Assembly (NCBI GenBank): GCA_964057225.1 | Contig: OZ059897.1 | Location: 17,174,001-17,238,000 of the forward strand | Length of the DNA stretch: 64,000 bases | From: Auanema rhodensis | Lineage: Eukaryota > Animalia > Nematoda | Direction: 5' to 3' | Shown here: positions 1 to 12,000 of the stretch, one piece after another | How positions within the stretch are numbered: position 1 is the stretch's first letter | Layout of the letters: every line of letters begins with the position of its first letter | Notes under the pieces: generated by a model | What the model was told of the DNA's origin: nothing | What the model saw: only the letters and a program-made list of their open reading frames with translations | The model's database searches: none | Translations under genes and position numbers: made by a program

Positions 1-3000
1 CAATATCAATAAAAATTTGTTTTTAGACTAATATGAACATGGTGAATCTAATTTTGAAAACCGCATCTCTTTATCCTTCACGGGGAGCGAGTTTCATACC
101 AAGTGCACATCACGTGTACATTTAATTAGCATAAATTAAAGTTCACGTAAATTTCAAAGTCATGGTTACCATGCACCAATATCAATGAAAATTTGTTTTT
201 AGACTAATATGAACATGGTGAATCTAATTTTGAAAACCGTATCTCTTTATCTTTCACGGGAAGCGAGTTACATACCAAGTACACATCACGTGTACATTTA
301 ATTAGCATAAATGAAAGTTCACGTAAATTTGAAAGTCATGGTTACCATGCACCAATATCAATAAAAATTTGTATTCAGACTAATATGGACATGGGGAATC
401 TAATTTTCAAAACCGCATCTCTTTATCTTTCACGGGAAGCGAGTTTCATACAAGTGCACATCACGTGTACATTTAATTAGCATAAATTGAAGTTCACGTA
501 AATTTCAAAGTCATGGTTACCATGCACCAATATGAATAAGAATTTGTTTTTAGACTAATATGGACATGGGGAATCTAATTTTGAAAACCGCATCTTTTCA
601 TCTTTCACGGGAAGCGAGTTACATACCGAGTGCACATCACGTGTACATTTAATTAGCATAAATTAAAGTTCACGTAAATTTCAAAGTCATGGTTACCATG
701 CATCAATATCAATAAAAATTTGTTTTCAGACTAATATGGACATGGGGAATCTAATTTTGAAAACCGCATCTCTTTATCTTTCACGGGAAGCGAGTTACAT
801 ACCGAGTGCACATCACGTGTACATTTAATTAGCATAAATTAAAGTTCACGTAAATTTCAAAGTCATGGTTACCATGCATCAATATCAATGAAAATTTGTT
901 TTTAGACTAATATGGACTTGGGGAATCTAATTTTGAAAACCGCCTCTCTTTATCTTTCACGGGAAGCGAGTTTCATACCAAGTGCACATCACGTGTACAT
1001 TTAATTAGCATAAATTAAAGTTCACGTAAATTTCAAAATCATGGTTACCATGCATCAATATCAATAAAAATTTGTTTTCAGACTAATATGGACATGGGGA
1101 ATCTAATTTTGAAAACCGCATCTCTTCATCTTTCACGGGAAGCGAGTTACATACCAAGTACACATCGCGTGTACATTTAATTAGCATAAATTGAAGTTCA
1201 CGTGAATTTCAAAGTCATGGTTACCATGCACCAATATGAATAAGAATTTGTTTTTAGACTAATGTGGGCATGGGGAATCTAATTTTGAAAACCGCATCTC
1301 TTTATCTTTCACGGGAAGCGAGATACATACCAAGTGCACATCGCGTGTACATTTAATTAGCATAAATTGAAGTTCACGTAAATTTCAAAGTCATGGTTGC
1401 CATGCACCAATATGAATAAGAATTTGTTTTTAGACTAATATGGACATGGGGAATCTAATTTTGAAAACCGCATCTCTTTATCTTTCACGGGAAGCGAGTT
1501 ACATACCGAGTGCACATCACGTGTACATTTAATTAGCATAAATTAAAGTTCACGTAAATTTCGAAGTCATGGTTACCATGCATCAATATCAATAAAATAT
1601 TGTTTTTAGACTAATATGGACTTGGGGAATCTAATTTTGAAAACCGCATCTCTTCATCTTTCACGGGAAGCGAGTTACATACCAAGTACACATCGCGTGT
1701 ACATTTAATTAGCATAAATTGAAGTTCACGTGAATTTCAAAGTCATGGTTACCATGCACCAATATGAATAAGAATTTGTTTTTAGACTAATGTGGACATG
1801 GGGAATCTAATTTTGAAAACCGCATCTCTTTATCTTTCACGGGAAGCGAGATACATACCAAGTGCACATCGCGTGTACATTTAATTAGCATAAATTAAAG
1901 TTCACGTAAATTTCAAAGTCATGGTTACCATGCACCAATACGAATAAGAATTTGTTTTTAGACTAATGTGGACATGGGGAATCTAATTTTGAAAACGGCA
2001 TCTCTTTATCTTTCACGGGAAGCGAGATACATACCAAGTGCACATCGCGTGTACATTTAATTAGCATAAATTAAAGTTCACGTAAATTTCAAAGTCATGG
2101 TTGCCATGCACCAATATGAATAAGAATTTGTTTTTAGACTAATATGGACATGGGGAATCTAATTTTGAAAACCGCATCTCTTTATCTTTCACGGGAAGCG
2201 AGTTACATACCGAGTGCACATCACGTGTACATTTAATTAGCATAAATTAAAGTTCACGTAAATTTCAAAGTCATGGTTACCATGCATCAATATCAATAAA
2301 ATATTGTTTTTAGACTAATATGGACTTGGGGAATCTAATTTTGAAAACCGCATCTCTTTATCTTTCACGGGAAGCGAGTTTCATACCAAGTGCACATCGC
2401 GTGTACATTTAATTAGCATAAATTGAAGTTCACGTGAATTTCAAAGTCATGGTTACCGTGCACCAATATGAATAAAAATTTGTTTTTAGACTAATGTGGA
2501 CATGGGGAATCTAATTTTGAAAACCGCATCTCTTTATCTTTCATGGGAAGCGAGATACATACCGAGTGCACATCGCGTGTACATTTAATTAGCATAAATT
2601 GAAGTTCACGTGAATTTCAAAGTCATGGTTGCCATGCACCAATATCAATAAAAATTTGGTTTTAGACTAATATGGATATGGGGAATCTAATTTTGAAAAC
2701 CGCATCTCTTTATCTTTCACGGGAAGCGAGTTTCATACCAAGTGCACATCACGTGTACATTTAATTAGCATAAATTAAAGTTCACGTAAATTTCAAAGTC
2801 ATGGTTACCATGCACCAATATCAACAAAATATTGTTTTTAGACTAATATGGACTTGGGGAATCTAATTTTGAAAACCGCATCTCTTTATCTTTCACGGGA
2901 AGCGAGTTACATACCGAGTGCACATCACGTGTACATTTAATTAGCATAAATTGAAGTTCACGTGAATTTCAAAGTCATGGTTACCATGCACCAATATCAA

Positions 3001-4969
3001 TAAAAATTTGTTTTCAGACTAATATGGACATGGGGAATCTAATTTTGAAAACCGCATCTCTTCATCTTTCATGGGAAGCGAGATACATACCGAGTGCACA
3101 TCGCGTGTACATTTAATTAGCATAAATTAAAGTTCACGTGAATTTCAAAGTCATGGTTGCCATGCACCAATATCAATAAAAATTTGGTTTTAGACTAATA
3201 TGGATATGTGGAATCTAATTTTGAAAACCGCATCTCTTTATCTTTCACGGGAAGCGAGTTTCATACCAAGTGCACATCACGTGTACATTTAATTAGCATA
3301 AATTAAAGTTCACGTAAATTTCAAAGTCATGGTTACCATGCACCAATATCAATAAAATATTGTTTTTAGACTAATATGGACTTGGGGAATCTAATTTTGA
3401 AAACCGCATCTCTTTATCTTTCACGGGAAGCGAGTTTCATACCAAGTGCACATCACATGTACATTTAATTAGCATAAATTAAAGTTCACGTAAATTTCGA
3501 AGTCATGGTTACCATGCACTAATATCAATGAAAATTTGGTTTTAGACTAATATGGATATGGGGAATCTAATTTTGAAAACCGCATCTCTTTATCTTTCAC
3601 GTGAAGCGAAATACATACCAAGTGCACATCACGTGTACATTTAATTAGCATAAATTGAAGTTCACGTAAATTTCAAAGTCATGGTTACCATGCACCAATA
3701 TCAATAAAATATTGTTTTTAGACTAATATGGACTTGGGGAATCTAATTTTGAAAACCGCATCTTTTCATCTTTCACGGGAAGCGAGTTACATACCAAGTA
3801 CACATCACGTGTACATTTAATTAGCATAAATTAAAGTTCACGTAAATTTCGAAGTCATGGTTACCATGCACTAATATCAATGAAAATTTGGTTTTAGACT
3901 AATATGGATATGGGGAATCTAATTTTGAAAACCGCATCTCTTTATCTTTCACGGGAAGCGAGATACATACCAAGTGCACATCGCGTGTACATTTAATTAG
4001 CATAAATTAAAGTTCACGTAAATTTCAAAGTCATGGTTGCCATGCACCAATATGAATAAGAATTTGTTTTTAGACTAATATGGACATGGGGAATCTAATT
4101 TTGAAAACCGCATCTCTTTATCTTTCACGGGAAGCGAGTTACATACCGAGTGCACATCACGTGTACATTTAATTAGCATAAATTAAAGTTCACGTAAATT
4201 TCAAAGTCATGGTTACCATGCATCAATATCAATAAAATATTGTTTTTAGACTAATATGGACTTGGGGAATCTAATTTTGAAAACCGCATCTCTTTATCTT
4301 TCACGGGAAGCGAGTTTCATACCAAGTGCACATCGCGTGTACATTTAATTAGCATAAATTGAAGTTCACGTGAATTTCAAAGTCATGGTTACCATGCACC
4401 AATATGAATAAGAATTTGTTTTTAGACTAATGTGGACATGGGGAATCTAATTTTGAAAACCGCATCTCTTTATCTTTCATGGGAAGCGAGATACATACCG
4501 AGTGCACATCGCGTGTACATTTAATTAGCATAAATTAAAGTTCTCGTGAATTTCAAAGTCATGGTTGCCATGCACCAATATCAATAAAAATTTGGTTTTA
4601 GACTAATATGGATATGGGGAATCTAATTTTGAAAACCGCATCTCTTTATCTTTCACGGGAAGCGAGTTTCATACCAAGTGCACATCACGTGTACATTTAA
4701 TTAGCATAAATTAAAGTTCACGTAAATTTCAAAATCATGGTTACCATGCACCAATATCAATAAAAATTTGTTTTCAGACTAATATGGACATGGGGAATCT
4801 AATTTTGAAAACCGCATCTCTTCATCTTTCACGGGAAGCGAGTTACATACCAAGTACACATCACGTGTACATTTAATTAGCATAAATTGAAGTTCACGTA
4901 AATTTCAAAATCATGGTTACCATGCACCAATATGAATAAGAATTTGTTTTTAGACTAATGTGGACATGT

Positions 4970-6065
4970 GGAATCTAATTTTGAAAACCGCATCTCTTTA
5001 TCTTTCACGGGAAGCGAGATACATACCAAGTGCACACCGCGTGTACATTTAATTAGCATAAATTAAAGTTCACGTAAATTTCAAAGTCATGGTTACCATG
5101 CACCAATATCAACAAAATATTGTTTTTAGACTAATATGGACTTGGGGAATCTAATTTTGAAAACCGCATCTCTTTATCTTTCACGGGAAGCGAGTTTCAT
5201 ACCAAGTGCACATCACGTGTACATTTAATTAGCATAAATTAAAGTTCACGTAAATTTCAAAGTCATGGTTACCATGCACCAATATCAACAAAATATTGTT
5301 TTTAGACTAATATGGACTTGGGGAATCTAATTTTGAAAACCGCATCTCTTTATCTTTCACGGGAAGCGAGTTTCATACCAAGTGCACACCACATGTACAT
5401 TTAATTAGCATAAATTAAAGTTCACGTAAATTTCGAAGTCATGGTTACCATGCACTAATATCAATGAAAATTTGGTTTTAGACTAATATGGATATGGGGA
5501 ATCTAATTTTGAAAACCGCATCTCTTTATCTTTCACGGGAAGCGAGATACATACCAAGTGCACACCGCGTGTACATTTAATTAGCATAAATTAAAGTTCA
5601 CGTAAATTTCAAAGTCATGGTTACCATGCACCAATATCAACAAAATATTGTTTTTAGACTAATATGGACTTGGGGAATCTAATTTTGAAAACCGCATCTC
5701 TTTATCTTTCACGGGAAGCGAGTTTCATACCAAGTGCACATCACGTGTACATTTAATTAGCATAAATTAAAGTTCACGTAAATTTCAAAGTCATGGTTAC
5801 CATGCACCAATATCAACAAAATATTGTTTTTAGACTAATATGGACTTGGGGAATCTAATTTTGAAAACCGCATCTCTTTATCTTTCACGGGAAGCGAGTT
5901 TCATACCAAGTGCACACCACATGTACATTTAATTAGCATAAATTAAAGTTCACGTAAATTTCGAAGTCATGGTTACCATGCACTAATATCAATGAAAATT
6001 TGGTTTTAGACTAATATGGATATGGGGAATCTAATTTTGAAAACCGCATCTCTTTATCTTTCACG
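4970..6065. repeat. Local higher-order repeat: 3-monomer (528 bp) tandem duplication
   Basis: The rare variant CACACCACATG has its diagnostic C at 5389 and 5917 (offset 528 = 3x176). ATCAACAAAATAT monomers repeat at the same offset. Ends approximate. Confidence 0.85.
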
Positions 6066-9000
6066 TGAAGCGAGTTACATACCAAGTGCATATCACGTGT
6101 ACATTTAATTAGCATAAATTGAAGTTCACGTAAATATCAAAGTCATGGTTACCATGCACCAATATCAATAAAAATTTGTTTTTAGACTAATATGGATATG
6201 GGGAATCTAATTTTGAAAACCGCATCTTTTCATCTTTCACGGGAAGCGAGTTACATACCGAGTGCACATCGCGTGTACATTTAATTAGCATAAATTAAAG
6301 TTCACGTAAATTTCAAAGTCATGGTTACCATGCATCAATATCAATAAAATATTGTTTTTAGACTAATATGGATATGGGGAATCTAATTTTGAAAACCGCA
6401 TCTTTTCATCTTTCACGGGAAGCGAGTTACATACCAAGTACACATCACGTGTACATTTAATTAGCATAAATTAAAGTTCACGTAAATTTCAAAGTCATGG
6501 TTACCATGCACCAATATCAATGAAAATTTGTTTTTAGACTAATATGGACATGGGGAATCTAATTTTAAAAACCGCATCTCTTTATCTTTCACGGGAAGCG
6601 AGTTTCATACAAGTGCACATCACGTGTACATTTAATTAGCATAAATTGAAGTTCACGTAAATTTCAAAGTCATGGTTACCATGCACCAATATGAATAAGA
6701 ATTTGTTTTTAGACTAATATGGACTTGGGGAATCTAATTTTGAAAACCGCATCTCTTTATCTTTCACGGGAAGCGAGTTTCATACCAAGTGCACATCACG
6801 TGTACATTTAATTAGCATAAATTGAAGTTCACGTAAATTTAAAATCATGGTTACCATGCACCAATATCAATAAAAATTTGTTTTTAGACTAATATGAACA
6901 TGGTGAATCTAATTTTGAAAACCGCATCTCTTTATCTTTCACGGGGAGCGAGTTTCATACCAAGTGCACATCACGTGTACATTTAATTAGCATAAATTAA
7001 AGTTCACGTAAATTTCAAAGTCATGGTTACCATGCACCAATATCAATAAAAATTTGTTTTTAGACTAATATGAACATGGTGAATCTAATTTTGAAAACCG
7101 CATCTCTTTATCTTTCACGGGAAGCGAGTTACATACCAAGTACACATCACGTGTACATTTAATTAGCATAAATTAAAGTTCACGTAAATTTCAAAATCAT
7201 GGTTACCATGCACCAATATGAATAAGAATTTGTTTTTAGACTAATGTGGACATGGGGAATCTAATTTTGAAAACCGCATCTCTTTATCTTTCACGGGAAG
7301 CGAGATACATACCAAGTGCACATCGCGTGTACATTTAATTAGCATAAATTAAAGTTCACGTAAATTTCAAAGTCATGGTTGCCATGCACCAATATGAATA
7401 AGAATTTGTTTTTAGACTAATATGGACATGGGGAATCTAATTTTGAAAACCGCATCTCTTTATCTTTCACGGGGAGCGAGTTACATACCGAGTGCACATC
7501 ACGTGTACATTTAATTAGCATAAATTAAAGTTCACGTAAATTTCAAAGTCATGGTTACCATGCATCAATATCAATAAAATATTGTTTTAAGACTAATATG
7601 GACTTGGGGAATCTAATTTTGAAAACCGCATCTCTTCATCTTTCACGGGAAGCGAGTTACATACCAAGTACACATCGCGTGTACATTTAATTAGCATAAA
7701 TTGAAGTTCACGTGAATTTCAAAGTCATGGTTACCATGCACCAATATGAATAAGAATTTGTTTTTAGACTAATGTGGACATGGGGAATCTAATTTTGAAA
7801 ACCGCATCTCTTTATCTTTCACGGGAAGCGAGATACATACCAAGTGCACATCGCGTGTACATTTAATTAGCATAAATTAAAGTTCACGTAAATTTCAAAG
7901 TCATGGTTGCCATGCACCAATATGAATAAGAATTTGTTTTTAGACTAATATGGACATGGGGAATCTAATTTTGAAAACCGCATCTCTTTATCTTTCACGG
8001 GAAGCGAGATACATACCAAGTGCAGATCGCGTGTACATTTAATTAGCATAAATTAAAGTTCACGTAAATTTCAAAGTCATGGTTGCCATGCACCAATATG
8101 AATAACAATTTGTTTTTAGACTAATATGGACATGGGGAATCTAATTTTGAAAACCGCATCTCTTTATCTTTCACGGGGAGCGAGTTACATACCGAGTGCA
8201 CATCACGTGTACATTTAATTAGCATAAATTAAAGTTCACGTAAATTTCAAAGTCATGGTTACCATGCATCAATATCAATAAAATATTGTTTTTAGACTAA
8301 TATGGACTTGGGGAATCTAATTTTGAAAACCGCATCTCTTCATCTTTCACGGGAAGCGAGTTACATACCAAGTACACATCGCGTGTACATTTAATTAGCA
8401 TAAATTGAAGTTCACGTGAATTTCAAAGTCATGGTTACCATGCACCAATATGAATAAGAATTTGTTTTTAGACTAATGTGGACATGGGGAATCTAATTTT
8501 GAAAACCGCATCTCTTTATCTTTCACGGGAAGCGAGATACATACCAAGTGCACATCGCGTGTACATTTAATTAGCATAAATTAAAGTTCACGTAAATTTC
8601 AAAGTCATGGTTGCCATGCACCAATATGAATAAGAATTTGTTTTTAGACTAATATGGACATGGGGAATCTAATTTTGAAAACCGCATCTCTTTATCTTTC
8701 ACGGGAAGCGAGTTACATACCGAGTGCACATCACGTGTACATTTAATTAGCATAAATTAAAGTTCACGTAAATTTCAAAGTCATGGTTACCATGCATCAA
8801 TATCAATAAAATATTGTTTTTAGACTAATATGGACTTGGGGAATCTAATTTTGAAAACCGCATCTCTTTATCTTTCACGGGAAGCGAGTTTCATACCAAG
8901 TGCACATCGCGTGTACATTTAATTAGCATAAATTGAAGTTCACGTGAATTTCAAAGTCATGGTTACCATGCACCAATATGAATAAGAATTTGTTTTTAGA

Positions 9001-12000
9001 CTAATGTGGACATGGGGAATCTAATTTTGAAAACCGCATCTCTTTATCTTTCACGGGAAGCGAGTTTCATACCAAGTGCACATCGCGTGTACATTTAATT
9101 AGCATAAATTGAAGTTCACGTGAATTTCAAAGTCATGGTTACCATGCACCAATATGAATAAGAATTTGTTTTTAGACTAATGTGGACATGGGGAATCTAA
9201 TTTTGAAAACCGCATCTCTTTATCTTTCATGGGAAGCGAGATACATACCGAGTGCACATCGCGTGTACATTTAATTAGCATAAATTAAAGTTCACGTGAA
9301 TTTCAAAGTCATGGTTGCCATGCACCAATATCAATAAAAATTTGGTTTTAGACTAATGTGGACATGGGGAATCTAATTTTGAAAACCGCATCTCTTCATC
9401 TTTCACGAGAAGCGAGTTACATACCAAGTACACATCGCGTGTACATTTAATTAGCATAAATTGAAGTTCACGTGAATTTCAAAGTCATGGTTACCATGCA
9501 CCAATATGAATAAGAATTTGTTTTTAGACTAATGTGGACATGGGGAATCTAATTTTGAAAACCGCATCTCTTTATCTTTCATGGGAAGCGAGTTACATAC
9601 CAAGTACACATCACGTGTACATTTAATTAGCATAAATTGAAGTTCACGTGAATTTCAAAGTCATGGTTACCATGCACCAATATGAATAAGAATTTGTTTT
9701 TAGACTAATGTGGACATGGGGAATCTAATTTTGAAAACCGCATCTCTTCATCTTTCACGAGAAGCGAGTTACATACCAAGTACACATCACGTGTACATTT
9801 AATTAGCATAAATTGAAGTTCACGTGAATTTCAAAGTCATGGTTACCATGCACCAATATGAATAAGAATTTGTTTTTAGACTAATGTGGACATGGGGAAT
9901 CTAATTTTGAAAACCGCATCTCTTTATCTTTCACGGGAAGCGAGATACATACCAAGTGCACACCGCGTGTACATTTAATTAGCATAAATTAAAGTTCACG
10001 TAAATTTCAAAGTCATGGTTACCATGCATCAATATCAATAAAATATTGTTTTTAGACTAATATGGACTTGGGGAATCTAATTTTGAAAACCGCATCTCTT
10101 TATCTTTCACGGGAAGCGAGTTTCATACCAAGTGCACATCGCGTGTACATTTAATTAGCATAAATTGAAGTTCACGTGAATTTCAAAGTCATGGTTACCA
10201 TGCACCAATATGAATAAGAATTTGTTTTTAGACTAATATGGACATGGGGAATCTAATTTTGAAAACCGCATCTCTTTATCTTTCACGGGGAGCGAGTTAC
10301 ATACCGAGTGCACATCACGTGTACATTTAATTAGCATAAATTAAAGTTCACGTAAATTTCAAAGTCATGGTTACCATGCATCAATATCAATAAAATATTG
10401 TTTTTAGACTAATATGGACTTGGGGAATCTAATTTTGAAAACCGCATCTCTTCATCTTTCACGGGAAGCGAGTTACATACCAAGTACACATCGCGTGTAC
10501 ATTTAATTAGCATAAATTGAAGTTCACGTGAATTTCAAAGTCATGGTTACCATGCACCAATATGAATAAGAATTTGTTTTTAGACTAATGTGGACATGGG
10601 GAATCTAATTTTGAAAACCGCATCTCTTTATCTTTCACGGGAAGCGAGTTTCATACCAAGTGCACATCACGTGTACATTTAATTAGCATAAATTAAAGTT
10701 CACGTAAATTTCAAAATCATGGTTACCATGCACCAATATCAATAAAAATTTGTTTTCAGACTAATATGGACATGGGGAATCTAATTTTGAAAACCGCATC
10801 TCTTCATCTTTCACGAGAAGCGAGTTACATACCAAGTACACATCACGTGTACATTTAATTAGCATAAATTGAAGTTCACGTGAATTTCAAAGTCATGGTT
10901 ACCATGCACCAATATGAATAAGAATTTGTTTTTAGACTAATGTGGACATGGGGAATCTAATTTTGAAAACCGCATCTCTTTATCTTTCACGGGAAGCGAG
11001 ATACATACCAAGTGCACACCGCGTGTACATTTAATTAGCATAAATTAAAGTTCACGTAAATTTCAAAGTCATGGTTGCCATGCACCAATATCAATAAAAA
11101 TTTGGTTTTAGACTAATATGGATATGGGGAATCTAATTTTGAAAACCGCATCTCTTTATCTTTCACGGGAAGCGAGTTTCATACCAAGTGCACATCACGT
11201 GTACATTTAATTAGCATAAATTAAAGTTCACGTAAATTTCGAAGTCATGGTTACCATGCACTAATATCAATGAAAATTTGGTTTTAGACTAATATGGATA
11301 TGGGGAATCTAATTTTGAAAACCGCATCTCTTTATCTTTCACGTGAAGCGAGTTACATACCAAGTGCACATCACGTGTACATTTAATTAGCATAAATTGA
11401 AGTTCACGTAAATATCAAAGTCATGGTTACCATGCACCAATATCAATAAAAATTTGTTTTTAGACTAATATGGATATGGGGAATCTAATTTTGAAAACCG
11501 CATCTTTTCATCTTTCACGGGAAGCGAGTTACATACCGAGTGCACATCGCGTGTACATTTAATTAGCATAAATTAAAGTTCACGTAAATTTCAAAGTCAT
11601 GGTTACCATGCATCAATATCAATAAAATATTGTTTTTAGACTAATATGGACTCGGGGAATCTAATTTTGAAAACCGCATCTTTTCATCTTTCACGGGAAG
11701 CGAGTTACATACCAAGTACACATCACGTGTACATTTAATTAGCATAAATTAAAGTTCACGTAAATTTCGAAGTCATGGTTGCCATGCACCAATATGAATA
11801 AGAATTTGTTTTTAGACTAATATGGACATGGGGAATCTAATTTTGAAAACCGCATCTCTTTATCTTTCACGGGAAGCGAGTTACATACCGAGTGCACATC
11901 ACGTGTACATTTAATTAGCATAAATTAAAGTTCACGTAAATTTCAAAGTCATGGTTACCATGCATCAATATCAATAAAATATTGTTTTTAGACTAATATG

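Noticed and set aside
10-160. 10-bp phased A-tracts implying intrinsic curvature
   Set aside because: A/T tracts are abundant, but I could not establish a regular 10-11 bp phase by eye. It needs a periodicity or curvature calculation.
1-176. Identity with known satellites of similar length (Brassica CentBr 176 bp, honeybee AluI 176 bp, Arabidopsis CEN178, primate alpha satellite)
   Set aside because: The similarity is in length only. The consensus has no AGCT or AAGCTT site, which the AluI- and HindIII-defined families carry, and I recognise no sequence similarity. A BLAST search is needed to assign the family.
1-176. Tandem RNA gene unit (5S rRNA, tRNA, snRNA, spliced leader)
   Set aside because: No recognisable 5S or tRNA sequence, cloverleaf or Pol III A/B/C boxes; the unit is AT-rich throughout.
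109-176. Budding-yeast point centromere (CDEI-CDEII-CDEIII)
   Set aside because: Only the 8-bp CDEI-like word matches. There is no >90% AT CDEII or CDEIII consensus, and point centromeres are not tandemly arrayed.
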